DNA of 64,000 nucleotides from a virus (Duplodnaviria; Caudoviricetes): IMG/VR virus record IMGVR_UViG_3300028603_000021, positions 96,001 to 160,000 of that record, one strand, 5' to 3'. Shown piece after piece: positions 35,501-44,671 of the stretch (positions within the stretch are counted from its first letter, which is position 1; each line of letters begins with the position of its first letter). The notes under the pieces are model-generated. The model was not told the DNA's origin and did no database searches. It worked only from the letters and a program-made list of their open reading frames with translations. Position numbers and translations under genes: made by a program.

Positions 35501-37816
35501 GCTGTAGATATCTGCACCCAAAGACACTTCGCTGACAGAGAAACGCCCATCATCAGCAGATATATAGAGTATGTCCTTACCGTCGTTGCTCGTTACAACT
35601 ATAGAGTTCGAGTAAGTAACCCCGTCGTTACCGTTCATAAACACGCTCACGTCGTCTGGTGTATCGTCGAACAGGGACTTAGCATACGCAGCTACCGTAT
35701 CAAACCTTTCCTTGTCACCCAAAGTAAGTTTCTTGAGAGCAGATCCCATGGTTTGACCTAAAACCTCAGAGAATGCAGAGTCTTGCGGGTCTGGGTTCTC
35801 ATCTGCTTCCTTACGTTTTTCTTGTGCGGCCTTCATATCTCCCCACAAGAGAGCGTGCGCCTTGTTCAAGCTGTCTGGGTCATCTATGTTGTATGTAGCC
35901 GCGCTTATCGGCGTGCCGCTGCTGTCTCTGAGTATCTTTACCCGAGTGTCTTCGTCGTGGGGAACGACGTTATGGATAAGACCTTCATCTAACACGCTCA
36001 GAGCATCACCATACGTGTTAGACACTATATCGTAACCGGAAGCGTGCTGTCTAGCGTTTTCGTCCGTGATGGTAGAGAACCCGTAGTTGTTTTCTTCGTT
36101 ATCTTGGAAGTCCCCCGCCGTTTCATCTACTTCAGGTGTAGCTATCGGCTCTCGTGTTTGTTCTCTAGCAGAATACAACCTAGGATCGTTTATCTGAAGC
36201 TCGCTGTTGGTGAACATCTTGTCGCTGACATCATCACCCTTAGCGGTGAGTATCATCATCTGCTGTAGTTGAGCAGATGTCGGGTCTGTCTGGGAGGTAT
36301 ATCTGTTATCATGTTGACCAGAGGTAACGTCACCTTTAACCTCTAAAGCTCGGAGGCCGTCGATCTCACCTTGGTAAAACGCGATCTGCTTCATCGTTTC
36401 TGCTGCTTCGTGAGCAGACAAGTCACTCTTCGACAAGGCTCGTTCCGCAACAGTCACCATTTGGTCATACAAGTCCCTTGTGCTTAACCACCGTCTATCT
36501 GGGCGGTTATACACAGCTTTCCAACCCTCTCGGTGTAAACTATCGAGGTTTTCTCTGCCAGAGAGTTTGTCTCCAGGGTCGTTGAACCTTTCCAACATCC
36601 CAAGACCCTCACTCATAAGCTCAGGGCTAGCAGTCATAACTCTGTTGAGGAGGTGCCTTGACGCCTTCTTGCTGTTGGAATCAAACTTGGGGGCGTATGC
36701 ACCACTTTTGTCAAACAGCGTACTGCGGATCTTCTTTTCTTCCACCTTGCTGAACTTATCAGGTAACTCCGCAGGCGGCTCTCCACCAACTACAGCGTCT
36801 AGCGGTATCTCTTCCGGGGATTCCATCATAGACGGGGTTGTAGCAGGCTCACGCTCAGCAAAGCTCCTCTGCATAGCACCCTTTACGCGGTCGAAAAACT
36901 TGTTAAGCCTTTCAGCGTTTTCTCCACCGGCCTCTAGGTTAGCCTCTAGGCTGTCTATCGCGTGGTCTAACCCCATGTACAGTCCACTCAGACCGCCAGA
37001 GAAATCTTTACGGTACCTGTCTAAGTGGGTTCGGCGCGAAGCAGCATCTTTTTTCTCTTCACGCAGCGCATCCTCTAGAGTAACGCCGCTCAGGTCTTCG
37101 CCCTCTTTAGTTCTGTCTAGCATGCGCATGAGAACGATATCTAACCCCTTGAGCACAGGCCAGGTCTTCGAGTCCTTCGAAACCTTCTCGTCTGAGGTGA
37201 TAGACGCAAGCATATCTCCCCAGCCCTTGTCCTCTTCCTGCTCTAGATCTTTAGGCTCAGGAAGCTCACCAGTCTCAGGGTCTCTCATAGCCTCTAGACG
37301 GGCTTGTTTCTTCTGGTGTTCTTCTTCTGGGGTTGTTCCTTCTCGCTCTGCAAGGCGTTCAAGAAGTTTCTGGTACACGGCTCTCTTGGCAGCATCGTGA
37401 CGTGCTTGAAGTTCTTGTATGTAAGCTTTCTGCTGCGCTACGTTCTCGTTAAACTGTTCTTGAGACGCTTGTGCCAGGTCTGGGCGACCATCTTGGATGT
37501 ACCTCTGCCCACGTTCCAGCTCGTCCTGCACGCCCCACAGGTCATTCTGGTTAGCGGGGTCGATCGGTACGCCTTGGTTAACTAGGTATTCCGCTTGGTC
37601 TTCCGGGGTTGTCCTGATAGGAACATCTTTGCCGTTTATATGTCTGAAGGTGATGAATTTCCCTTCCTCATCGAGATACATGTCATCCCCAGCCATAACA
37701 GCCTTACGCGCTTCACGCATCGAAAGGATGTTATCCAGATCTACATCAGTAAAGGTTGACTTATGGCCAACCTCTACCAAGGAGGATGAATCAAGTATGA
37801 GGAAAGTATAGTCCAT
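32585..37816 (-). CDS. 1743-aa multidomain probable internal head/ejection protein (polyvalent-protein-like) with SAM-lyase-like domain
   Basis: FITFRHINGKDVPI motif, P/E/K-rich linkers, duplicated small domains, GAW...YLDVS...A...QLAIFDL domain. Confidence 0.6.
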   Translation of the reverse strand: MDYTFLILDSSSLVEVGHKSTFTDVDLDNILSMREARKAVMAGDDMYLDEEGKFITFRHINGKDVPIRTTPEDQAEYLVNQGVPIDPANQNDLWGVQDELERGQRYIQDGRPDLAQASQEQFNENVAQQKAYIQELQARHDAAKRAVYQKLLERLAEREGTTPEEEHQKKQARLEAMRDPETGELPEPKDLEQEEDKGWGDMLASITSDEKVSKDSKTWPVLKGLDIVLMRMLDRTKEGEDLSGVTLEDALREEKKDAASRRTHLDRYRKDFSGGLSGLYMGLDHAIDSLEANLEAGGENAERLNKFFDRVKGAMQRSFAEREPATTPSMMESPEEIPLDAVVGGEPPAELPDKFSKVEEKKIRSTLFDKSGAYAPKFDSNSKKASRHLLNRVMTASPELMSEGLGMLERFNDPGDKLSGRENLDSLHREGWKAVYNRPDRRWLSTRDLYDQMVTVAERALSKSDLSAHEAAETMKQIAFYQGEIDGLRALEVKGDVTSGQHDNRYTSQTDPTSAQLQQMMILTAKGDDVSDKMFTNSELQINDPRLYSAREQTREPIATPEVDETAGDFQDNEENNYGFSTITDENARQHASGYDIVSNTYGDALSVLDEGLIHNVVPHDEDTRVKILRDSSGTPISAATYNIDDPDSLNKAHALLWGDMKAAQEKRKEADENPDPQDSAFSEVLGQTMGSALKKLTLGDKERFDTVAAYAKSLFDDTPDDVSVFMNGNDGVTYSNSIVVTSNDGKDILYISADDGRFSVSEVSLGADIYSVNKTRFEGDEAVDKAVESLRALGANENSPAVYEPAETVSDRVKDAVRERVETQNEADLISDDDEIPDAEEPSEEGEATEEEPAVEEPAEEEEPAGEEPAEPVEDTAAEEPTAEEAPVRAEPTTGLGGRLTGETGRKKRDKALTKLNTPVQEGLFQPEPEEPPTPEEPPTPVKSGYVEGKAPEWDDSSYESAYKDITTPNEKGERGGSIPMFAGQESAKTGFMVSHAGKEVTVPEAELTPEKLREYMKSHVDASTLPTDYLGAWYNDKDGNYYLDVSQNVQDLDEAKRIAKENGQLAIFDLNTGESIPIQTEEERKVKKPTETPKPAPSEPGGAATKQPKVNRNKRSKEGKLEHVAIPAGMVKTLSKKPYGETVNNTVDTLRQYPVKDTRTFPNGFEATIGDKRVRLNTSNGGTSLQVSDIPSGKTLRVMHEKNITPEAVTKLLGEPPKAEPFTGIGDTVPAEQPSEVSEATSTTVPEKPAPAKPAPAKPAPAEAPQKKLSPKKIVEEVGNTEFGKAGSALEGAAKTRYDKVVKEMSKYKDLGDVRVSGDTISFYRDNGDIFDLSIDDGDIKLTEWAMPSYIPPEQRSRDEAVRSERTGAQAAQSLQEFMEFWNDEQKESKAKTPKPATPKPAAPTKPATPKPAATKPAATKPAPEPKEDIAPPARSKASIATRIPANKLNPEGRKTLSALNEVKGLTVPAPDVEGYDLVLQKPGDADYSVGVKVGKDGALSITPLGEESKFNAKKKTGFTSNDLRAMFGAKGLTKMSPAKKKREEDLAALRSEKEKDESALSDEKVVKRKESTGKKEKDDIDDLREEAELVDQANIGEELGVGEPEEEEEEVTHGDDTDTKENAYGFSLSDDPENPGFKHSSGYRTTAGTYRSQIDELGGKKNLVEGDPDGESMMVLYDADGNPVKGYRYSFNDDGVLDPETKAEMFGTLWDNMKENQAKKTKKSVRIDTTRSAWNYVPGL

Positions 37817-38100
37817 CAGAGAAATACCATCAGTGCCTTCCTAAGCTGAAGTCCGTACTTTTCGGCGCGGTCAACAATCTCCGTCGCCCACTCCTTGAGA
37901 GAGTCATCTTCGATGAGCCTCCAGTTAGCTTGTATGTAGTAAAAGTCGCGCACTATCTCGAAGTAATCTCTGAACTGCTCGTCATCTGGGTCGTCTTCGG
38001 CTTTAGGCATGTGGAACAACACTGGTTCAAGGTCTCTCGTGTCTACGAGCATAACCAGAGCACCCATGTTGTCTTCTCTTTCCGTGTTAGGAATTGCCAT
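37816..38100 (-). CDS. Hypothetical protein
   Basis: 94 aa, overlaps both neighbours (translational coupling). Confidence 0.6.
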   Translation of the reverse strand: MAIPNTEREDNMGALVMLVDTRDLEPVLFHMPKAEDDPDDEQFRDYFEIVRDFYYIQANWRLIEDDSLKEWATEIVDRAEKYGLQLRKALMVFL

Positions 38101-41100
38101 TTCTACGTCTCCATTCTTCGTACAAAGGATTTCTAGTCAAGGTTGGAACATCAAACAGCTTCTTATGAACAACGACTGATTTCTTAGCCCGAGTCTTTGG
38201 CTCTGTTTCTCGTGCAGCAACAGCAGCTGTAGGCTGCGGGGGGCTCTGTCTAACGGGCTTTTTCTTAGCCGCCCGTTTAGCTTGCTCGGCCAGCTGCTTT
38301 TCAAGCTTTTCTGCTGCGGCAATGATCCTGTCGCGCTCCTTGACCGGGCCGTATGCCTTCTCTTTCGCCTGACGCTGCCCCAGCTTAAACTCTTCTTTCT
38401 CTTGGGGTGTGAAGTCAGAGTGCTCTCTCTTAAGCTTATCTGTTTTCTTCGTTCTCAGATAGTCCATCAACCCGTCTACTTCTTCCATAGCCGCGTTTGG
38501 ACTGATAAGCCCTTCTTCGCTGTCGTTATCCTTGCTCAGCTCAGCAAGCACTTCTGCTATATCAATCGGCTTACCGTCCTCAACAGCTTTCAAGAATTCT
38601 TGTGAACCTATCATGCGGCTGATGAGAGTCCTGCGTGCCTCTGCTTTTTCTTCAGAAGAGGACTTCATGTACTCTGACGCCCCAGAAGAGAGAACTTCGG
38701 TTGATATATGAAGCTGGAACGGGTCTCTGTGGAAACGACCACTCATCTGCTCACCAGATGCTGGGTTCCACATCGGAGTCCTGTAGGAAACATCGGCTGG
38801 GAGAGAGAAACCGAACTTAGCCGCAGTAGTAACCAAGGTTATAACGTGCCTGTCTTTCTCTGCTTCGTGGGCTTTTTCTATTGCCCTAGCCTCTTTAGGG
38901 GTAGTATCCCCATTGATTACCTGCACCAAAACATTGTTACCGTACTTTGCCTTAAGCTCGTCGTGTAGCTTGTCTATAGCAACACGAGAGAATCCCGCGA
39001 CTCCGATCTTTTTGTTCTTACCGTTTGGTCTTACGCCGCCACCAAACTCTGATTCTATCGAGGTCTTTATGTAGTCTAGGGCAGGAACATGCCAAGAGCC
39101 AACAACATGGTTTAGGTCGCGCATCACGCGGCTTCCAAAGTGAGGTGTAGAGCTGTGCTTGTTAAGCTCCTCTATAAATATCTCGTCTCGGGTCTTGGTA
39201 TCCATCCCCATCCTGGGAAGGCGTACTTCTGACGGGCTACCACCGACAACATGAACCATCTCAGTAGTCCGTCGTAGGTAATCTCCTATCCCCGCTTGGA
39301 CTGCTTTGATCTCTTCCGCAGTGTATCCGTATTCTGGGCTGACTAGGCCAGAAATTAGCGAATCGTATCCTATGTCATAATCTAAAAGCCTAGGTGCACT
39401 CGTAGCACCGTAGCTCATGTTCATGAGGATAGAGACAAACGCCAAGGCACGAGCTTTAACTGTGTCGTTAGCCCTACCGGTTGCTTCCTTGTTGAAGATG
39501 TTGAGAAGCTTGGACACAGCGATGTCGTGCAGTTCTCCCCATGTAGCGCCCATGGGCTGAACTACTGGGTCGGTGTATACCATACCATACTTATCACCAG
39601 CAACGTACTTAGAGTCTATAGTTGTGATAGCAGACCCTATCCGCCTCACCAGCTTGGCAGGAGAAAAAGCATCTCTCCATACTCTAGGACTATTCCGTTT
39701 AGGCCTGATAGTAGGTCTCATAAGAACCGTGAGCGATTCTCTCAAGCCTTCTTGGTTCTGCCTCACACCTGCATCTATGAACGCTGCTTGTGAGATAGTG
39801 TCTGTTGCGCTGTTACCCATAGCGTCACCTGTAAGAGTAAGGGTCAGAGCATTGCTCATATACAAGTCGTCAAGTATCTCGTTAAATACTTCACGCCTGT
39901 TAGTCCCTACGTTAACATACTGGCCGCTCTCGTCTATCACCATACCACCAACGTGTTTTCCTTCAACTTTGTTACCAGCGTAAGATCCCCCGCGTATCAT
40001 AAGTTGCAGCATCTTGGCGTCGATAGCATACTCTCTGTCATCGCTGTTAACCTCCATCCTGTACAGAGAAGCTGGCAGTATAACAGCACCAGGCATTTCC
40101 CCCCTGTTAGCCATGTCTATGAGCTGCTTCCACTTCTCCAGCCGAGACTGCCGGTCACCAGTTATAACCATCGCAGATTGCTTCGTAAACTTTTTATATT
40201 CATCAGCAAAAGAGTCTGTATTCATCTTCGGAGCAACTACAAACATAGCCTGCTTACCGGGATCTATGAGCATCTTCTTGTCGTCTCGTGGATTTTTCTT
40301 CGAAGACATGATTGCATACCAAGCACACGACATCAACGTCTTACCTATACCGTAAGAGCCGTGCAAAAACGCACCGTGAACACCCCTAGGCCCGCCACCG
40401 ATCTCGTATGCTTTCAGGTCGGTGATCTGCGACAAGACATACCTCTGGTATTCTCTGCCTTTGAAGCTAGCAAATATACGCATACCCGACGGAGGCATCT
40501 TGTCGCCTGGGGTGTACAAGCCCTCTACATGGATAGCAGCCGCTTTCTCTGGAGAGTAAGTTGGTCTCTGGGTTATAGGGGAGGTTACCGTGATGTTACG
40601 TAGAGCTTCTCCACGCCCCGCAGAGATCTCATCACGTTTTGCTTGTTCTTGTGCATCCAGAACAGCTGGGAACGGAGGAACTGGGTCTCTAGGGTTCAGA
40701 GAAACCACATCGCCCTTTTCAACCAAGTCGATAGGGAGTGTGTACCAGTCCTCTTCGTACTCGTCTGGAACTATGACTCTTACCAGACCTTCAGTAGTGC
40801 CTTGTATATAAACGGGATTCGCTCTTTCGGAGTTAGTTGGGTTTTGCAGGGTTTTTTCTTCGTCAGTGAACGGCCTGCCCTTGGGGTTGGGTACTATGTG
40901 CCAATCAGCGTTGACAAAGTTAGGATAGGCTTTCTTAAGCTCAGCTACAGCCTCGTCGTAGATAGAAGTGTCAAACGCTAACCCGAGCCCTTTAGAAAAG
41001 ATAACACCAGACATAGGTTCCCCGTCTTCTCCTACTGGGGCGGGGTTTATCTTCGCCTCACGCGGATCTTCGCCGCCCTTCAGTTCTTTTACCTTATCTT

Positions 41101-41884
41101 CAAGAGCATCTTTCAGCTTCTCTTTGACGCCCTTAAACAGCTCTGACAGCTTTGTATGAGCAAACGAAGTGCGGTAAGAGTACTTCCCACCCTTGTCTGG
41201 AGCCATCTGTTGGGTACTGTAGTCTGCGCCCTCTTCGAATCGCTCTGGTGCGTATGCTTCTTCGTCTAGGCCTGGTGACCAGCGTGCTTCTCCCACCTTG
41301 TACATGAGACGCCGGGCTGCCCTGTCTTTCGCAACCCTGTCAAGCTCTTCTTGGTCTTGAGACTGGGCTTCATACGGGTTCTCTTCGATCACCCAGACGG
41401 CATCTTCTTTGTCTATGTTTGCGTTAAGCCACTGACCACCTATGCGATACGCACCGGTTTCGGTATTCACGGCTGTATACCCGTGCGGCACACGAGAAAC
41501 TATACGCTCACCCTTGTCGTTCAGCGTAACATAGTCGTCGAGCGAGCCGCCTCTCATGTCAGCCGCTTTCATAGTGTCTATCATAGATTTGTGCACCTCT
41601 TCATGTAGCTCGGTCTTATATCCTCTCCAGGCTAGTATGTCAGGTATAGCCATGAAATAGTATACACTGTCTCTAGGGATATACGTAACTCCGTCAGAGG
41701 AGTAACCCTTTGTGTTCTCACCAGGGGCAAGCATAAAAACACCGTCACCTAGTATCAAGTCTAGGTGCCTCTTAAGCTTGACGTTGTTAGAGGACACGAA
41801 GAATGTCTGCTCGCTCTGCACCCATATGATGTCAGCGGCGCTGGTATCCTCAGAGTCGTTGATAAGTGTTACTCTGTAGTACAT
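38087..41884 (-). CDS. SNF2/SF2 helicase-like protein with variant motif II
   Basis: GIGKT (I), VIDESG (II), LTGDAMGN (III), WNPASGEQMSGRFHR (VI). Confidence 0.8.
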   Translation of the reverse strand: MYYRVTLINDSEDTSAADIIWVQSEQTFFVSSNNVKLKRHLDLILGDGVFMLAPGENTKGYSSDGVTYIPRDSVYYFMAIPDILAWRGYKTELHEEVHKSMIDTMKAADMRGGSLDDYVTLNDKGERIVSRVPHGYTAVNTETGAYRIGGQWLNANIDKEDAVWVIEENPYEAQSQDQEELDRVAKDRAARRLMYKVGEARWSPGLDEEAYAPERFEEGADYSTQQMAPDKGGKYSYRTSFAHTKLSELFKGVKEKLKDALEDKVKELKGGEDPREAKINPAPVGEDGEPMSGVIFSKGLGLAFDTSIYDEAVAELKKAYPNFVNADWHIVPNPKGRPFTDEEKTLQNPTNSERANPVYIQGTTEGLVRVIVPDEYEEDWYTLPIDLVEKGDVVSLNPRDPVPPFPAVLDAQEQAKRDEISAGRGEALRNITVTSPITQRPTYSPEKAAAIHVEGLYTPGDKMPPSGMRIFASFKGREYQRYVLSQITDLKAYEIGGGPRGVHGAFLHGSYGIGKTLMSCAWYAIMSSKKNPRDDKKMLIDPGKQAMFVVAPKMNTDSFADEYKKFTKQSAMVITGDRQSRLEKWKQLIDMANRGEMPGAVILPASLYRMEVNSDDREYAIDAKMLQLMIRGGSYAGNKVEGKHVGGMVIDESGQYVNVGTNRREVFNEILDDLYMSNALTLTLTGDAMGNSATDTISQAAFIDAGVRQNQEGLRESLTVLMRPTIRPKRNSPRVWRDAFSPAKLVRRIGSAITTIDSKYVAGDKYGMVYTDPVVQPMGATWGELHDIAVSKLLNIFNKEATGRANDTVKARALAFVSILMNMSYGATSAPRLLDYDIGYDSLISGLVSPEYGYTAEEIKAVQAGIGDYLRRTTEMVHVVGGSPSEVRLPRMGMDTKTRDEIFIEELNKHSSTPHFGSRVMRDLNHVVGSWHVPALDYIKTSIESEFGGGVRPNGKNKKIGVAGFSRVAIDKLHDELKAKYGNNVLVQVINGDTTPKEARAIEKAHEAEKDRHVITLVTTAAKFGFSLPADVSYRTPMWNPASGEQMSGRFHRDPFQLHISTEVLSSGASEYMKSSSEEKAEARRTLISRMIGSQEFLKAVEDGKPIDIAEVLAELSKDNDSEEGLISPNAAMEEVDGLMDYLRTKKTDKLKREHSDFTPQEKEEFKLGQRQAKEKAYGPVKERDRIIAAAEKLEKQLAEQAKRAAKKKPVRQSPPQPTAAVAARETEPKTRAKKSVVVHKKLFDVPTLTRNPLYEEWRRRNGNS

Positions 41885-41885
41885 C

Positions 41886-42797
41886 TTATATCCCCATGTT
41901 ACTCATGATTATATTGGTCATAGCCCTGAACTTTTCTGGAAAAGCGGTTTCAAGGTAATCCGGGTTGTTAAACCGCAGAGCGAACGTCTCTGCGAAATCA
42001 TCGCTGGGAGACGCTTTGGCTAGCTGGCTTACCGGCGTAGCGTGGTTAGCCCTCTTCCATGTCCTGGATGTTGGCGTTCCCAAGTAGCTAGCCCAACCTC
42101 CGCTGCCCTTCTTGCTCCAGACATCCTTGCCCAGGACATCACCCAGCTGAGAAACTTGCCCGTCAGCAGAGAGCTTAGCGAAGAGCAAGTGCCCAACTGC
42201 GTGGAACACAGAATAAGTAGCAACACTGATACCGCTAGCCTTTCCTTCTACCTTGGGAAGAAGTGGAGTATGTATGTAGCGGAAGAAATCTGGGTATACC
42301 TCAAGCTCGCCCCTGAACTTACGCCCAGCAAACGAATACTTAGCTGCTATTATAGTATATCCGAACTTGTTGGTATCGTCTCTTGGAACGTTCCTTATGG
42401 CAGATAGTCCTGCGTTGACAGGCAGCCTGCCCATGTTCTTCAGAGCAGAAAGCAGTATCGCGCTAGAGTACTTGGGTATGTTGTAGATTTCGTACCCAGC
42501 TACTGCCAGATCCATCTCGGGGTTCCACTCGTGGAGCTTTTCGTTAGAGATATCGCCTTTTTCATCGTAGATGGGCAGGTCGCTCGGCAGTACTCCGGCT
42601 TCCTTGGCTCCGTGTAAGCTGTCTTGCGTGAGGGCGTCTATGCTTGGCGCAAACTGTCCAGCCTTGTACGGAATGGCATTAGTGGGGTTAAGGTCTCCTG
42701 GCATGACGGGAGACTCTGGGTCACCAACGCGAACATGCTGAGCACCGTCGTTCCAGTTCTCGTCGCTTGTCATTGAATCCCAGTCACTCATGTCCAA
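41886..42797 (-). CDS. Zincin metallopeptidase-like protein, probably inactive
   Basis: HAVGH in place of HExGH; SPSDDFAETF...P..LE..FPEK tail. Confidence 0.6.
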   Translation of the reverse strand: MDMSDWDSMTSDENWNDGAQHVRVGDPESPVMPGDLNPTNAIPYKAGQFAPSIDALTQDSLHGAKEAGVLPSDLPIYDEKGDISNEKLHEWNPEMDLAVAGYEIYNIPKYSSAILLSALKNMGRLPVNAGLSAIRNVPRDDTNKFGYTIIAAKYSFAGRKFRGELEVYPDFFRYIHTPLLPKVEGKASGISVATYSVFHAVGHLLFAKLSADGQVSQLGDVLGKDVWSKKGSGGWASYLGTPTSRTWKRANHATPVSQLAKASPSDDFAETFALRFNNPDYLETAFPEKFRAMTNIIMSNMGI

Positions 42798-43119
42798 ACC
42801 CCGATACCACGTCGAATATAACCTTCTCTTCGCGTGGTGTTATCTTTCCTATGTTGCGAAACTTATTACCTAGGTATGTAGCGAGCGAGTGGGCGTCGTC
42901 GTCGTCCCATGTTCTCATCTTGTTGAACCCCAACACCGGAAACGACACGTTGTTAGAGTTACTCTCTACCAAGCTGACTAGATCAACCGGGTAAGGCTGT
43001 TCTGAAAACGCAGTCTCCGGCGACAGGGCGTATGTAACCTCACCGTCAGACACTAAGACAGACTTCAGACGGAAGACGTTATCCTCGTCATAGTACGAAA
43101 GGGTGTTAACCCAAAGCAT
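42784..43119 (-). CDS. Hypothetical protein
   Basis: 111 aa, overlaps both neighbours. Confidence 0.6.
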   Translation of the reverse strand: MLWVNTLSYYDEDNVFRLKSVLVSDGEVTYALSPETAFSEQPYPVDLVSLVESNSNNVSFPVLGFNKMRTWDDDDAHSLATYLGNKFRNIGKITPREEKVIFDVVSGFGHE

Positions 43120-44584
43120 GAAGCACCTCGTCTCTGGCTTTCAAGAACGCCACGTGTACACTTTCCATCTCAAGACCATAGTTAGAAGAATCTAGAGCAA
43201 GCCCTGACAACCTGTCTCTGTAGCCAGCGCTGGTAAACTTTGCCAGAGCGCCTAAGTTCTTCTCTACGAAGCTCCGAGAAAATCCGTTTTTCATACACAG
43301 CTCGAAAAATTCCGCCGAGTTCTCTGGTATAGCGTCAGATGTAACCCTGCCTTGCTCCGTGAAGACATCAGAAGATGCATACACAAAGAACTTACCGCCT
43401 ACAGAATCAAACCCGAACGAAGCCAAAGTAAGGTTCCTCCCTAGAAGCATAACCTCTGTCAGAAGTATCTCAGCGAAAGAAGACCTTGCACTCTCGTAGT
43501 ACGATTTAGTCACAGAGCCGCTCCTGTAGGCAGAATCAACTCTCCTTAGTACATCGTAAAGCTCTGTGAAGCTCATTCTTACAGTGTCGGTAGTCCAGAA
43601 CTCGGTAGCTAGCGCGATAACGTAGCCAAGCTCCCCGACTTCTAGAACGACCTGCGGGATAACCTTACCCCTGTAGACCTTGGAGCGCAGGTCTGAAGCC
43701 ATCACACCAAGCAGGCTAGAGTTCACTAAGTGGGTTTCGTTCAGGTCAGATGCAACTGGAGTGAGAAGCATAGACTCGTTCTTGCTCTCGATGACGACCT
43801 TACTCAAGGTTGGGTAGAATATCTGGTTTCCAAGACGGAAGTCCTTGTCGTACAGGTCTTCTAGTGTCATACCAACGTCTAGAACCTTGTACTTACCAGA
43901 TTTTTTGAGGAGAAACCTGAAGGCGTTGTAGTTAAGCAGGTACCCAGCAAGGTCACGGCTGCTTGTCTCTCCCAAGAGTAAGTCCAGCTGCCCCATGCTC
44001 GCAAGAGAATCAGCATCGAAGCCAGCCTTCTTAGCTAGGGCTGATACCTTAGACGCTACGCCGTCCGATAAGAATAGATGAGCAGTAGCTGGGGTGAACA
44101 CCAAGGTGCTTGCTTCCTCAGAAATATCAGAGCTTCCTGTGACGTTCAGCAGCTTCTCAAAGGCATCGTTGAGGAGCCAGTACTCATCCCCCTCTTTGGC
44201 TACGTGCCAGCCGCGCATGAGATAGTTCTCAGCAGCGGATACCATCTCCCTGTCGGAGTGGAACATATCCCCAGACTTAACCCGGAGGAACTGAAAGATA
44301 CCTTGGTGCTCCTTGTTGCCGAAGATGGTATCAAAGATGTATTCCTTATATTTAGACGCCTCTGTCAGGGTCATATTGTTACGAACGACATAGACATGAA
44401 GGTACCTGTCTAGCCCGTCTCTGTATTTCTCCAGAAACTCATCGTTGACCTCTGTAGGGAGGTCAGCTAAACGTATCACGTCACCGAGAGCTAAGTTCTT
44501 CCCGGTTATTTTTTTCCTGCGGGGTTTCGGTGCAGGCGCTGGTTTCTTATCTCCCAGCAGTCTGTCAAAGTTTATGTTCAACAT
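43106..44584 (-). CDS. Protein with C-terminal HipA/PI3K-PI4K-like pseudokinase fold
   Basis: Hydrophobic pattern matches the kinase but catalytic K/E/D/N/D are absent; TGGTATAAT promoter upstream. Confidence 0.4.
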   Translation of the reverse strand: MLNINFDRLLGDKKPAPAPKPRRKKITGKNLALGDVIRLADLPTEVNDEFLEKYRDGLDRYLHVYVVRNNMTLTEASKYKEYIFDTIFGNKEHQGIFQFLRVKSGDMFHSDREMVSAAENYLMRGWHVAKEGDEYWLLNDAFEKLLNVTGSSDISEEASTLVFTPATAHLFLSDGVASKVSALAKKAGFDADSLASMGQLDLLLGETSSRDLAGYLLNYNAFRFLLKKSGKYKVLDVGMTLEDLYDKDFRLGNQIFYPTLSKVVIESKNESMLLTPVASDLNETHLVNSSLLGVMASDLRSKVYRGKVIPQVVLEVGELGYVIALATEFWTTDTVRMSFTELYDVLRRVDSAYRSGSVTKSYYESARSSFAEILLTEVMLLGRNLTLASFGFDSVGGKFFVYASSDVFTEQGRVTSDAIPENSAEFFELCMKNGFSRSFVEKNLGALAKFTSAGYRDRLSGLALDSSNYGLEMESVHVAFLKARDEVLHALG

Positions 44585-44621
44585 GTTCCTGCATTATACC
44601 ACACTCCAGAAAAAAGTGCTC

Positions 44622-44653
44622 AAAGAAAAACATCCGAACAGGCGTCCGGATGT
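44622..44653 (-). terminator. Intrinsic terminator
   Basis: ACATCCGGAC-GCCT-GTTCGGATGT then TTTTCTTT. Confidence 0.75.
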
Positions 44654-44671
44654 AATATTATGTCTGACAAG

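Noticed and set aside
36480-37400. 306-aa plus-strand ORF and many similar antisense ORFs
   Set aside because: Ser/Leu-rich antisense shadows of long minus-strand genes
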